Below, piece after piece: positions 8,877-18,525 of a DNA stretch of 37,162 nucleotides (positions are counted from its first letter, which is position 1; each line of letters begins with the position of its first letter). The notes beneath the pieces were generated by a model that was given only the letters and a program-made list of their open reading frames with translations, made no database searches and was not told the origin of the DNA. Source of the DNA: a virus. Taxonomy: Duplodnaviria > Caudoviricetes. Location: IMG/VR virus record IMGVR_UViG_3300042396_000043, positions 1 to 37,162 of that record; one strand, given 5' to 3'. The translations under genes and the position numbers were made by a program.

Positions 8877-9647
8877 TTAGTATCCTATTGCAAGCCAGTT
8901 ATATGTCAATGTACTGCTATTAGTATTTCTTAAAACTATTTGTGTAGCAGATGTAGATTCTATTTTAGGCGCATAATAATCTGTAGCACCTGATGTTGCT
9001 ATTGTTATTTGTGCATTTAATGTACCAGTTGGGAAAGCTATAGGATAAGTAACAGTTGTAGTTGTACTTGAAGAAATAGAATTGCTGCCCCATTGCATAA
9101 TCAAACCACCAGGTAATTTTTGATAGCCATTAGTAGTTTTTGATTGATTAGTACCACTAAAGTCAGTTGTATAAACACCATTAGTTACTGTACCAGCATT
9201 ACCTGAAACTGTACCTGTAACATTACCTGTAACATTCCCTGTAAGATTCCCAGTTACATCACCTGTAAAGCCACCTGATGCAGATGCAGTAGTAAATGCG
9301 CCTGTACTTGGTGTAGTAGCACCAACAGTACCATTATGTGCGCCAGTAGAGTTACCTGTAACATTCCCTGTGACGTTTCCTGTGACGTTGCCTGTAACGT
9401 TACCAGTTACACCACTAGGAGCAGAAACAGCCCCAGTTAATGTAGATGTACCAGCAACAGATAAGTTACTACCTACTGCAAATGTATCGCCATCAGTCCC
9501 AGCTTGCATATCTTTAATTTGAGCCATCATCTCACGGATAGCATTGTTAATTCCAGATGGTGCGCAACCTTCAGCAATATCAATCCCACCAACGTCTGTG
9601 TTAGAGGCTGGTGTTGAACTCCATTGACTAACCTTATCTCTTGCCAT
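8877..9647 (-). CDS. Tail fiber protein
   Basis: EGCAPSGINNAIREMMA N-terminus, (TGNV)n stalk, NGYQKLPGGLIMQWG...WLAIGY gp53-like C-terminal domain. Confidence 0.8.
   Translation of the reverse strand: MARDKVSQWSSTPASNTDVGGIDIAEGCAPSGINNAIREMMAQIKDMQAGTDGDTFAVGSNLSVAGTSTLTGAVSAPSGVTGNVTGNVTGNVTGNVTGNSTGAHNGTVGATTPSTGAFTTASASGGFTGDVTGNLTGNVTGNVTGTVSGNAGTVTNGVYTTDFSGTNQSKTTNGYQKLPGGLIMQWGSNSISSSTTTTVTYPIAFPTGTLNAQITIATSGATDYYAPKIESTSATQIVLRNTNSSTLTYNWLAIGY
9213..9413 (-). repeat. Two blocks of degenerate 12-bp tandem repeats encoding (TGNV)n
   Basis: TGNVTGNVTGNVTGNVTGNS and TGDVTGNLTGNVTGNVTGTV in the translation. Confidence 0.85.
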
Positions 9648-9657
9648 AATTTATCCT

Positions 9658-9888
9658 TTACCCTATGTCATTCCATGTGTTTGTACCAACCGGAACATCT
9701 GTCCATGTGTTTTGATTGAATACAGTTGATAATGTTGCTAATACTGAAATTGATGCCGTTCCATTAACTGTTGTTGCAAATGTCCACCCACTATTATTAC
9801 CAGCGTCAGTTGAGTCTACAGCAATAAATGTATCTGCCGGTGATGCTGCGCTGTCTATAACACTAAGATAATTTAAGTATAGTTTCAT
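9658..9888 (-). CDS. Small virion protein carrying the YLxIxDS...GNNxGWxF motif
   Basis: Motif shared with 15342..15782; C-terminal WTDVPVGTNTW. Confidence 0.65.
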   Translation of the reverse strand: MKLYLNYLSVIDSAASPADTFIAVDSTDAGNNSGWTFATTVNGTASISVLATLSTVFNQNTWTDVPVGTNTWNDIG

Positions 9889-9895
9889 TATTAAC

Positions 9896-10282
9896 TCACG
9901 CTAAAGTTATTGTTAAGCCACTAGCCGGAATAGAAAATAACTCATTTGTAGTAATTGTTTCTGGTGTTGTTAGTGGGTCGCTATATAGCAAGTTCCCACT
10001 TGTTAAAGCATCGTATATAGCAATGTAAGTAACAGTACCCCAATCCGTTGTAGCTGCATCAAAAGTAACTGCTGATGAGTTTGTAGTTATACCATTTGAA
10101 GGCGCAGTTAATGAAATAGCTTTACGCACATAAGATGCACCAGATACTTCTGCACCTGTACCGCCATCTGTAGGGTCAGTTAAGAATAAAGCCAAGTAAA
10201 CTGTTGATGGTGATGTAAACGATGTTGACCGTAACGTAGCATTGATAACTGCATTAGCTAAATATGTGGACATTCCTGACAT
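9896..10282 (-). CDS. Conserved phage structural/tail-associated protein
   Basis: YLALFxxDP...GAEVSGxSYxR...WGTVT...IYDALTSGNLLY pattern. Confidence 0.65.
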   Translation of the reverse strand: MSGMSTYLANAVINATLRSTSFTSPSTVYLALFLTDPTDGGTGAEVSGASYVRKAISLTAPSNGITTNSSAVTFDAATTDWGTVTYIAIYDALTSGNLLYSDPLTTPETITTNELFSIPASGLTITLA

Positions 10283-10291
10283 AATTATTCC

Positions 10292-10900
10292 TTATCGTGG
10301 CACTACATTTAAGATTGCATTAGGGTACTTACCACCCTCATCGTTTAATTTAATATCCCTTATTGCCCTGTCGTATAAAGCAGCCCAAGATTGAACTCGT
10401 GCGTCATTCATTAGATACATCTCAGCTTCACCAAGAGAAGCATACAACAAAGCATCGCTGTAATTAGCTAAGTAAACATTACTAGGTTGTGTGCTAGATA
10501 AAGATACTGGCTCTGCATAGTAAAGCATTTGTAATGTTTGAGTGCCATTAGGAACTGGCGCAAATTGGAACTCTTGACCAATCAATGTGTAAAAGACTGT
10601 GATGCCAGATGTTGATGTTAATTCATTACGAAAGAACAAGTCTGGTGACTGATACTGAAACACGACATTAGGATTGCCTTGGATGTGTACATCACGCAAC
10701 TCTAAGAAGTCTGTAGGTAATGTTACTGTACCGTCTGTTACTGTTGTAGTCACTACCTTTAACATTGGGCGTGTACGTAAGTTACGAGTAAGTCTAGTTT
10801 CAGCCATTTGAATAAATACAGGGATTTGGCTGGTCAAGTCTGTTCTTGCTAAATAGCTTGCAATAGTTGCTTGCAGCCCACTATAGTTATTAAAATCCAT
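10292..10900 (-). CDS. Head-tail adaptor (tail tubular A-like)
   Basis: YLARTDLTSQIPxFI...LPTDFLE...LLYASL; podovirus synteny. Confidence 0.7.
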   Translation of the reverse strand: MDFNNYSGLQATIASYLARTDLTSQIPVFIQMAETRLTRNLRTRPMLKVVTTTVTDGTVTLPTDFLELRDVHIQGNPNVVFQYQSPDLFFRNELTSTSGITVFYTLIGQEFQFAPVPNGTQTLQMLYYAEPVSLSSTQPSNVYLANYSDALLYASLGEAEMYLMNDARVQSWAALYDRAIRDIKLNDEGGKYPNAILNVVPR

Positions 10901-10902
10901 AT

Positions 10903-11415
10903 TTAATCCTTATGTTTAACTAATACTACTATTCCATTATCAATAGCAATGTGTCTGATAATTCCAAATCTATTGGATAGTTTACCTTGCCACCATTCCC
11001 ACGGTTCTTGTATTAAATGTGCATTACGACCATCGGGCAATACTTTAACTGCTGCGCCTGTATGAATAGTAAAAATTCCGTATGACAAAACACATCGTTG
11101 CAAATCATCTAGCACATCATCAAGGCATTCAGGTTCTATGTGTTCTAGTACGTCTATACAAGCTACTAACTCTGCCGGTGATGGTGTTGCATCCCATAAT
11201 GGGTTACTAGGTTCGTATGGTATGTATTTAACGTCTTGCGTTAAACTATCTCTTAAACGGCATTTGCCAGCACCATAATCCAATAACTCTTCAATTTGGT
11301 ACTCTGCTATCACCATGTCAACAATAGGCGCAAAAAACGTGCTAGAGATGCCATATTCAGGGTTTAAATGCAAATCTGATTGCATCTTACGGTAGTCTTC
11401 CGTAATTAAACTCAT
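10903..11415 (-). CDS. Class I SAM-dependent methyltransferase (non-DNA)
   Basis: LLDYGAGK motif I and CIDVLEHI motif. Confidence 0.85.
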   Translation of the reverse strand: MSLITEDYRKMQSDLHLNPEYGISSTFFAPIVDMVIAEYQIEELLDYGAGKCRLRDSLTQDVKYIPYEPSNPLWDATPSPAELVACIDVLEHIEPECLDDVLDDLQRCVLSYGIFTIHTGAAVKVLPDGRNAHLIQEPWEWWQGKLSNRFGIIRHIAIDNGIVVLVKHKD

Positions 11416-12740
11416 AACTGCTTTTCTACTCTACGGATAACATCAATCCAGTCAGCGTCATCTTGATACATTAGTCGCATTGTCTTAAACCAGTACATAC
11501 TAGGCTGTGCATAACGCCATTGATGACGTTTAGGTACTAAGCACCATGTCTTAATGCCTAAAGCAGCAGCACAAAGCTGTGCAGTAGTATTGACACCTAT
11601 TACCATGTCTAATTCAGCGATTAAAGCAGCTAAATCATCATAATCATCCGTGTTTACAGCGCAGTCTGGGTAGTAAACACCATCAATCTTGTCTTCTACG
11701 ATGTAATCTAAGCTGACTAGCTGTATATCTTTACGTTTAAGCAATGGTGCAAGGTCAGTTGCTTTAATTTGCCGACCTTTAGCATTGGTCATCTTCTTGC
11801 CACCGTGTGTGGTAATACCAATTACTGTTTTCTTCCAAGAACCAAATAGTTCTTTCCACTCTTTACGCTTGTTTTCATCAGCCACTAGATAGGTAGTGCC
11901 AGGGAAGTCTTTATTGGTGTGTCTAAAGAACTGTGGTAACGCACCAATAGCACATCTAGCATCAATGTTTGCGTCTTGCACCCATTCTGGCATTGTATCT
12001 CTACGAGTTCCGTGTACTTCTGCAGTAGGGAAGCTGCGCTTAAACAAAGTAGCTAGTCTTGGGTCACAATCAATATAGACTTTTTCGCTTTTATTGATTA
12101 AGTCAGGTAAACATGACGCATAAAATATCTCATCACCTAAACCTTGTTCACCATACACTACAACACGCTTGCCTTCTGAACCATCCCACCTAGACTCATC
12201 GCCATAGGTGTATTCTTTTCTAAACTTGCCACCTAGTGACTTATCCCACTCTTTCCAACCAGCATCCCATTCGCCTCTAGCTAAATAGCAATGCGCCAAG
12301 TTAAGTTGAGCATTTAAGTCTGTTGGTGATATTTCTAATGCTGTCTTAGCAGCCTTCTCTGCAGCATCCCAGTCACTTAACTGAACCAATGTTGCCGACA
12401 TATTTGAATATGCCATAGCATAGTTGTTATCTAACTCTGCCGACTTAATAAAATATCTAATCGCTTCTTCTGGTCTGTCTAGTTCATGGCAAGCACGACC
12501 TAGAGATGTCCACAATGCCTTGTTAGTTGGGTTCTCTTGTAATGCCCTACGAAATAGCTGATAAGCAAAAGCTGTTCTGTCAGACATTAACCAGATATAA
12601 CCAAGAAAATGTAATGTTGCTGCATCGTCTGGGTATTCTTCTAACACCGCATAAATCAATGGCATTGCATTTTCATAATCATCAACTTCAATTAACTGAT
12701 GTATTGCCACTTGGCATTCTTTTAATTCATTCTTATCCAT
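11412..12740 (-). CDS. TPR-repeat protein with a C-terminal GT-B (GT9-like) glycosyltransferase domain
   Basis: About five TPRs, then WDG...VVVYGEQGLGDEI...DLAALIAELDMVIGVNT...AAALG...WRY. Confidence 0.85.
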   Translation of the reverse strand: MDKNELKECQVAIHQLIEVDDYENAMPLIYAVLEEYPDDAATLHFLGYIWLMSDRTAFAYQLFRRALQENPTNKALWTSLGRACHELDRPEEAIRYFIKSAELDNNYAMAYSNMSATLVQLSDWDAAEKAAKTALEISPTDLNAQLNLAHCYLARGEWDAGWKEWDKSLGGKFRKEYTYGDESRWDGSEGKRVVVYGEQGLGDEIFYASCLPDLINKSEKVYIDCDPRLATLFKRSFPTAEVHGTRRDTMPEWVQDANIDARCAIGALPQFFRHTNKDFPGTTYLVADENKRKEWKELFGSWKKTVIGITTHGGKKMTNAKGRQIKATDLAPLLKRKDIQLVSLDYIVEDKIDGVYYPDCAVNTDDYDDLAALIAELDMVIGVNTTAQLCAAALGIKTWCLVPKRHQWRYAQPSMYWFKTMRLMYQDDADWIDVIRRVEKQL

Positions 12741-13066
12741 TATTTTATAATCGCATTAGTCGCTTTTAAGAATGGATATTTAGTATTGATGGCTCTCATC
12801 AATTCTTTTGTTTGGTTAGGATTATGTATATCAATCCCTTGTTTTAATAATTCCATCTCAATTACAGTAGGAATACTTGCGTAATGCGCCCATTCTTCCT
12901 TAACGCCTTTCTTCCATGCGTCAGGGTTATCTCGCTTTGCTTTTAAGTTTTCAAAGAAAGCATTTAAGTCTTGTGTACTCGTTAAGCGTACATCTTCTGT
13001 TACAGGGTCATAATCAAATGTCTGTGTTACACCTGTATCAGGGTTGTAATCAAAAAATACTGACAT
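12740..13066 (-). CDS. Hypothetical protein downstream of the capsid gene
   Basis: ORF track; AAGGA RBS; WAHYASIP motif. Confidence 0.7.
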   Translation of the reverse strand: MSVFFDYNPDTGVTQTFDYDPVTEDVRLTSTQDLNAFFENLKAKRDNPDAWKKGVKEEWAHYASIPTVIEMELLKQGIDIHNPNQTKELMRAINTKYPFLKATNAIIK

Positions 13067-13077
13067 TCACATCCTTT

Positions 13078-13111
13078 AGAAAGAGAGGCAGTTTCCCACC
13101 CCTCTATTCTA
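13078..13111 (-). terminator. GAAA-capped imperfect hairpin after the capsid gene (possible terminator/attenuator)
   Basis: TAGAATAGAGGGTGG-GAAA-CTGCCTCTCTTTCTA; weak U tract. Confidence 0.35.
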
Positions 13112-13117
13112 CACTAT

Positions 13118-14071
13118 TTAAACGCCTACGTTTTGTACCTTAGCGTGTGCACTTGGGTTTTGTACTACTAAAGCGTACTCAGTAGTCAATAGCCATTTGC
13201 TTGAGTCACCAGTTTTAGCTAATTCTTGTTTTTCCATTGGGCGCAATGAAGCTAGACCAACGTAGTTAGAATCTAAGCATAAAACAGCTTGGTCACGCAT
13301 GAAACGGTCAAGTTTCACAGAGTGATTACCAAAGTCTGACACATACACGTCAGCAGCACCTACGATTACGCCTTGTGAGCCATTAGCAACGTTATTGTAT
13401 TTAGTAGCAACGCCAGCAAATACAGAGAAACGAGCCTTGTTAGTAGCAGACATCAAGATTGTTGATGTTTCGCCACCAGCAGCCCAAGCTAGTTGTAATG
13501 CAGATTTCAAATCAGCTTCAATGAATGTTACTGATGTACCATCTGTAGGAGCAGCAACAGTACCGCCAGAGAAGCCTGGTGTTGTACCTGCAGTTGAACC
13601 TGTAGCTAATACACGGTTAGTAATCCATGACTCAATACCAGCACTTGAACGAGCAGTACCTGCGCCACCAGCAGAAGATGCTTGGTTACGCACGATTGCA
13701 TATTCCATGTCACGTTTAAGTTCTTTACCAGCTTTCATTAGTTGGTAAGCAACCTCTGATTTACGACCATATTTCTTAACAACATCGTATGTACCAGAGA
13801 TTTGAACTGTTTTACGTGAGATTTGAGTGTAGTTACCCAAAACTGTAGTAGCAGCCAAGGTAGCGAATGAACCATCGTCACCCTCAACCTGTGTGTTAGT
13901 AGCAGCAGCAGCTAAAGCGTCTGTTTGCCATTGGTGATAAGTTTGACCAGCAGTCATACGTTTTGCCATAGAAAGCAAAGGTGTATCTTCTGGTGAAATA
14001 TCAAAAATTACGTCTTCAAAAGACTCGGCTATACCCTTACCGGTATAGGTGTTGGTTGATGAAACAGCCAT
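13118..14071 (-). CDS. Major capsid protein (SU10/DUF5309-type)
   Basis: ISPEDTPLLS, HQWQTDAL, GNYTQI, KELKRDME, ELAKTGDS motifs; strong AGGAG RBS. Confidence 0.88.
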   Translation of the reverse strand: MAVSSTNTYTGKGIAESFEDVIFDISPEDTPLLSMAKRMTAGQTYHQWQTDALAAAATNTQVEGDDGSFATLAATTVLGNYTQISRKTVQISGTYDVVKKYGRKSEVAYQLMKAGKELKRDMEYAIVRNQASSAGGAGTARSSAGIESWITNRVLATGSTAGTTPGFSGGTVAAPTDGTSVTFIEADLKSALQLAWAAGGETSTILMSATNKARFSVFAGVATKYNNVANGSQGVIVGAADVYVSDFGNHSVKLDRFMRDQAVLCLDSNYVGLASLRPMEKQELAKTGDSSKWLLTTEYALVVQNPSAHAKVQNVGV

Positions 14072-14081
14072 ATTATTTCTC

Positions 14082-15032
14082 CTAAATCATTCTTTCAATA
14101 AGTTTTTGGGCATACTCAGATTTGCCAGTCTTACGTAACGAATCACGTTGCTGTTTAAATTGTGAGTTGACCTCGTTTTTTGTATCTTTTGCACCAGGCT
14201 TAACGACTGGTTTAGCATTAGACACTTTGTTCTTTACAACCGAGTTCGATTGTAACTTGCGCCATTGCATAGCATCGTGCAAGACCTTTACGTGCCTTGG
14301 GTCAACAATCATTCCTAATTCATCGTCTGTAAAGCCGTATTCCTTGCCTGTGGAAATAATTTGCTGGCTGGTATCTCTACTCCAGTTCGGTATCTCTTTG
14401 GCTAGAATCTCTTTGCCTTTAACAATACGGTCGGTTAATAATTGTTGTTGCTGTGTTGCAATTTGTTGTGACTTAGCTTCAAGTTCGGTGGCTAATTGCC
14501 CACGTTGTTGTTGCAGTTGGTTATAAGTAAAGAACAGCTTTTGGGCTTCTACAAAATCATTGTCACTTAACTCTTGCCAGTTGACGTCATTAAAAGCAGA
14601 GAGTCGTTGGTCAATGTTTGTTAGTTGCGCCACGTCACCAATTAAAGCATTCTGTAATTGAACTTGTTGCCTAAAGTTTTGCTCTTGAACTTGAATAGTT
14701 TGAGCATAGTCCTCTAGTGCTTTACGTTGTTCTGCTACTTCTTGCGTCTTTTTGGTGTAATCTAGTCCTTGCTGTGCTAGTGCTACGACTTCGTTGAAAG
14801 GCTTTTCAATTTCCTCTCCATTAACTTTAAGTTTAATAGCTTGTTCGGGTTGCTCTTCCGAGTCCTCACCTTCTACTTCACCTTCTGTTTCTGGTTCATC
14901 CTCACCTTCAGTTTCTTCTTCCTCTTCTTCGTACTCTTCAGGAATTTCCTCTAACGGTGCTTCTTCCTCAACTTCATCCAGCATAGTCATCAAACGACTT
15001 TCTGGTGACTGCACTTCTGCTTGGTCACTCAT
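14082..15032 (-). CDS. Capsid scaffolding protein
   Basis: Acidic N-terminus, KVNGEE, DYTKKTQ, coiled coil; directly upstream of the capsid gene. Confidence 0.85.
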   Translation of the reverse strand: MSDQAEVQSPESRLMTMLDEVEEEAPLEEIPEEYEEEEEETEGEDEPETEGEVEGEDSEEQPEQAIKLKVNGEEIEKPFNEVVALAQQGLDYTKKTQEVAEQRKALEDYAQTIQVQEQNFRQQVQLQNALIGDVAQLTNIDQRLSAFNDVNWQELSDNDFVEAQKLFFTYNQLQQQRGQLATELEAKSQQIATQQQQLLTDRIVKGKEILAKEIPNWSRDTSQQIISTGKEYGFTDDELGMIVDPRHVKVLHDAMQWRKLQSNSVVKNKVSNAKPVVKPGAKDTKNEVNSQFKQQRDSLRKTGKSEYAQKLIERMI

Positions 15033-15075
15033 TGTATTTCTCCATTATGGGCTAAGTTATATTTAGGTTCGCCCA

Positions 15076-15342
15076 TTACCTAAATAGTTTAAATTTGTTA
15101 TCAGTCTGTATAGCTGACATTTTACCTGTGTTTATAACGTCTTGTAGCTGTTTTTCTATTTGGTTTAATAGTTGCATAGCTATGACTAAACGATTGTGCG
15201 TCTCAGAGTCACCTAGTGCGCTTGAAGCCATACTCTTGATGATTCCGTCACGTACTTTTTCTATTGATTCTTTGAATAATGGGTTATCAAGCACTTGAGA
15301 TGCTTGTTCACCACGTTTTACTTCATTTAGTTGATTGTCCAT
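15076..15342 (-). CDS. Small helical protein between portal and scaffold
   Basis: RGEQASQVLDNPLF...INTGKM; typical position. Confidence 0.7.
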   Translation of the reverse strand: MDNQLNEVKRGEQASQVLDNPLFKESIEKVRDGIIKSMASSALGDSETHNRLVIAMQLLNQIEKQLQDVINTGKMSAIQTDNKFKLFR

Positions 15343-15782
15343 TAATATCCCAATGCTTTGTTAATCAAACGACCTCTGACAGTTAAACCACTAACACGAG
15401 TAGTATAAACCCCATCAGCCTTTATTTTAACAATATCTGCCTCAATTTGTCCTGCACCACCTAAACGAGATACTTTGTTAGGTAATGCTGATGATATTTG
15501 ACCATAGGCTATTGCACCGGCTTCAGCTAAACGGTTATTTGCAGATGTAGTAATTGTTCCATTAATAAACCAGCCTGTATTGTCACTAACATCAATACTA
15601 TTGGTAGCAATAAAATACTGTGGTGGAGTAGCATTTGAATCTTGTATGCTTAAATACTCAACATTAATGCCAAATAGCCATCCAGTATTGTTGCCAGAAT
15701 CTAATCCACGACTAACTACAAATGAATCTGTCGGTGTTTGTACAGAATCTTGTACTTCAACATAATTTAAAACTGTAGCCAT
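15342..15782 (-). CDS. Virion accessory protein with two tandem YLxIxDS...NNTGWxF motifs
   Basis: NYVEVQDS...DSGNNTGWLF and EYLSIQDS...DVSDNTGWF. Confidence 0.7.
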   Translation of the reverse strand: MATVLNYVEVQDSVQTPTDSFVVSRGLDSGNNTGWLFGINVEYLSIQDSNATPPQYFIATNSIDVSDNTGWFINGTITTSANNRLAEAGAIAYGQISSALPNKVSRLGGAGQIEADIVKIKADGVYTTRVSGLTVRGRLINKALGY

Positions 15783-15791
15783 AATGTATCC

Positions 15792-18302
15792 TTAAACTTT
15801 AGCCAAAGTCCATTGAACTCCAGGTGTAGTTGAATTAAGCGTAATTAAGTTTCCACTAGTGCCTGATACAGTAAAGTTTTGTACGCTTGTTGTAGTTCCT
15901 GCTGTAAAGGTAATTGTAGCCGGTTGTACAGTATTGCTGATGTTAGCAAACTGATTGCTGCCAGTAATAGTCAATGCACCAGCGCCACCTTGATTAAGTG
16001 TGTATGGGTATGTTTTGCTACCACCTGCAAATGTCTTAGCAGTACCGTATGTCATGTCAATCGTACCAGTACCAGTTAATGATAGGTTGGTAGATGTAGT
16101 TGCTGTCCAGCCACCGCCATTTAATGTAATTTTACCATTAGTACCAAGGTTTAATGTACGAGCATTACTATTAGATGAACTAAATGCACCTGAAGTTAAT
16201 GTTTTTCCATTTACATTTAGAGTACCATTAGTTAATGTGTAAGTACGAGTAGAACCTGAAGTTAAATTATCTTGTAGTTGAACTGTACCACCTACACCAT
16301 TTTGTATGATAGGACAGTCTATTGTTACACCATTTGTAGTAATTTGTTGTGTACCTGATGTTGCTAAAAATGACATCGAAGTTGCAGTTGCTGTATAAGT
16401 TAAACCACTAGGTATTGTTAGGTTTCCATAAATTGCAGAAGAAGCATTTGTAATTGTTCCACTAAAACCTGTTAGATTTATATTTTTAACACCTGAAAAA
16501 CTAGCTATATCTGTACCAGCAGTAAAATTTACATTAATTGCATTTGCTTCACTTAAACCTGCTGTTGTACCTAAATAAACATTTCTTCCAGCTGTTGAAC
16601 CTGAATAAGTACAATTAACAGTTGAAGTACCTGTATAAGTAAATCCAGTAGCAGTACCCATAGACCAAATAGTACCTGAATTACCAGTTAAATTAATAAC
16701 TCCAGTTGTACCAAAAGCAATAGCACGAGTATTAGAGTTACTGGAACTCAATACAGTACAGGTTAGTGTTTTGTCGTTAAGGTTTAGTGTGCCTGATGTT
16801 AGAGTAGCTGCACCTGCTGATGTTAAGTTATCAGCAAGTGTTATTGTATCTGTAGGGCTATTAATTAATATGCTTTGAGTAAATGATACGCCAGCAGATG
16901 TAATGGTTTGTGTTTTGTTATATCCAACAAATGCTAAAGTGCCTGACCCAGTAGTAGTAACAGATGAACTAAAAGTTAAGTTTCCATAAATTGATGGGCT
17001 AAAAGCCCCAGTTGCAAATGTCATAGCATTTGAACGTGTTGAAGCATTAATAGTACCAATTTGCCAAATATTATCTATAGTAATAGTTGCAGAAGTATTT
17101 AACCCAGTATTTTCAATTATTACTGTATCTTGAGGTAAAGGAAAGTTATTTACATCTACAGCACCGCCTGATGTTAAAGCCCATGCTGTTGCTGACCAGT
17201 TACCACCAGCTACTAAATTCCAATACTTAGTTACACCAGCAGCAAAAGTTATATTTGAGTTATTACCGGCATTACCTAAACGAGTACCTGACCATGTACC
17301 TGATGCACCAGCAGCAGCAATATCTCTAAAGTCAACATCATTTAAAGTAGCTATTGTTGCTACCGTTAAAGTTACTTGTGTGCCGATACCAACGTTACCT
17401 ACAACAATTATTCTGCGTATTGCAGTATTTGCTGTACCTAAAGTCAGCGTTCCATTTACAGTAGTAGATGCAGGCAAAGCTATAAATCTAACACCTGTTG
17501 TACTAGGACTAGTAAATGTTAAATTATTAAAAGTATTATTGCCTGAAATTGTGTATGTAAAACCTTGTGATGCACTTGTAAACGATACGTTATAAAATGT
17601 TAGCCCACCGCCAGCAAAGGTAGTGGCTGTAGCAGAACAAGTGATTTGAGATGTACCAGCGTTAAATGTAAGCCCACCAGTAGAACTATTAGTAAAGGTA
17701 GTAGATAAAGTTACTGTTGATGAGCCTAAAGTTACAACTTTTGTATTTGCATTAGGATTCATTAATAATGTTGCACAAGTGACATTGTAATTATTTGTTA
17801 TAAATGTCCCGCCAGATGAAGATATATTACCTAATGTTGATATTGCGCTTCCTAAAGTCCATTCACCGCCAATACCGCTAAAATATACTGATATATTGCT
17901 TAAACTTACACCATTCGTTGTAAATGTTTTACCTGTTGTTGTTGCGGATAAAAATAATAGTGAGCCAGCAGTTGCAGAGCAAGTAAAATTAGAAGCAGGC
18001 AATGTCATTGAACCAAAGCAACTTAAATATGCTGTAGCACCCATAGTAAATGTCATTACAGCATCTAAAGCACCACCAGCACCGCCTGTACTAAAATCAC
18101 GACATAATGCAGGTGAAACAGAAGTACCAGTTACAGTAACAGCAAATGCAGTTGTACCTGTATTGGAGTTAGCGTCAAAGATAACATCGTCTACAGACGT
18201 AGGCGCACTAGCACCACTAGCACCGCCTGAAGTTGCTGACCAATTTGTTGTTGATGTGGCATCCCAGTTGCCTGAACCACCTACCCAGTATCTAGTTGCC
18301 AT
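15792..18302 (-). CDS. Large Thr/Gly/Ser-rich repeat protein (beta-helix/adhesin-like fiber or decoration protein, 836 aa)
   Basis: Two units starting RYWVGGSGNW and KYWNLVAGGNW; repeated ITTNG / LxDNLT / SSSNSNxR sub-repeats. Confidence 0.7.
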   Translation of the reverse strand: MATRYWVGGSGNWDATSTTNWSATSGGASGASAPTSVDDVIFDANSNTGTTAFAVTVTGTSVSPALCRDFSTGGAGGALDAVMTFTMGATAYLSCFGSMTLPASNFTCSATAGSLLFLSATTTGKTFTTNGVSLSNISVYFSGIGGEWTLGSAISTLGNISSSGGTFITNNYNVTCATLLMNPNANTKVVTLGSSTVTLSTTFTNSSTGGLTFNAGTSQITCSATATTFAGGGLTFYNVSFTSASQGFTYTISGNNTFNNLTFTSPSTTGVRFIALPASTTVNGTLTLGTANTAIRRIIVVGNVGIGTQVTLTVATIATLNDVDFRDIAAAGASGTWSGTRLGNAGNNSNITFAAGVTKYWNLVAGGNWSATAWALTSGGAVDVNNFPLPQDTVIIENTGLNTSATITIDNIWQIGTINASTRSNAMTFATGAFSPSIYGNLTFSSSVTTTGSGTLAFVGYNKTQTITSAGVSFTQSILINSPTDTITLADNLTSAGAATLTSGTLNLNDKTLTCTVLSSSNSNTRAIAFGTTGVINLTGNSGTIWSMGTATGFTYTGTSTVNCTYSGSTAGRNVYLGTTAGLSEANAINVNFTAGTDIASFSGVKNINLTGFSGTITNASSAIYGNLTIPSGLTYTATATSMSFLATSGTQQITTNGVTIDCPIIQNGVGGTVQLQDNLTSGSTRTYTLTNGTLNVNGKTLTSGAFSSSNSNARTLNLGTNGKITLNGGGWTATTSTNLSLTGTGTIDMTYGTAKTFAGGSKTYPYTLNQGGAGALTITGSNQFANISNTVQPATITFTAGTTTSVQNFTVSGTSGNLITLNSTTPGVQWTLAKV

Positions 18303-18525
18303 CTTCAGTCACCTCTTCATTAAGTTGTTCTTCACTAGGTGCAGTTACAATAGCGTACCAATCATCCCAGCGTTTTTGTTCCATTGCTTCTAATTGCTCT
18401 TGTGTTGTGTTGTTATACTCTTCTTCAGTTAAAACAATAGCGTCTACTAAAGTATAAGTACCATCTGTGTGTTCAAAATTGATAGTAACGTACCCATCAA
18501 CATTAGTTGTTTTAATAATTGACAT
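18292..18525 (-). CDS. Small acidic protein (possible fiber chaperone)
   Basis: DAIVL...EAMEQKRWDDW; coupled to the large repeat protein gene. Confidence 0.6.
   Translation of the reverse strand: MSIIKTTNVDGYVTINFEHTDGTYTLVDAIVLTEEEYNNTTQEQLEAMEQKRWDDWYAIVTAPSEEQLNEEVTEDGN

Noticed and set aside
9213-9413. Possible CRISPR array or DGR repeat
   Set aside because: Codon-degenerate TGNV coding repeats; no spacers and no reverse transcriptase.
15792-15794. Genome-wide stop-codon reassignment
   Set aside because: Other genes are intact under code 11, and TAA, TAG and TGA all end normal genes.
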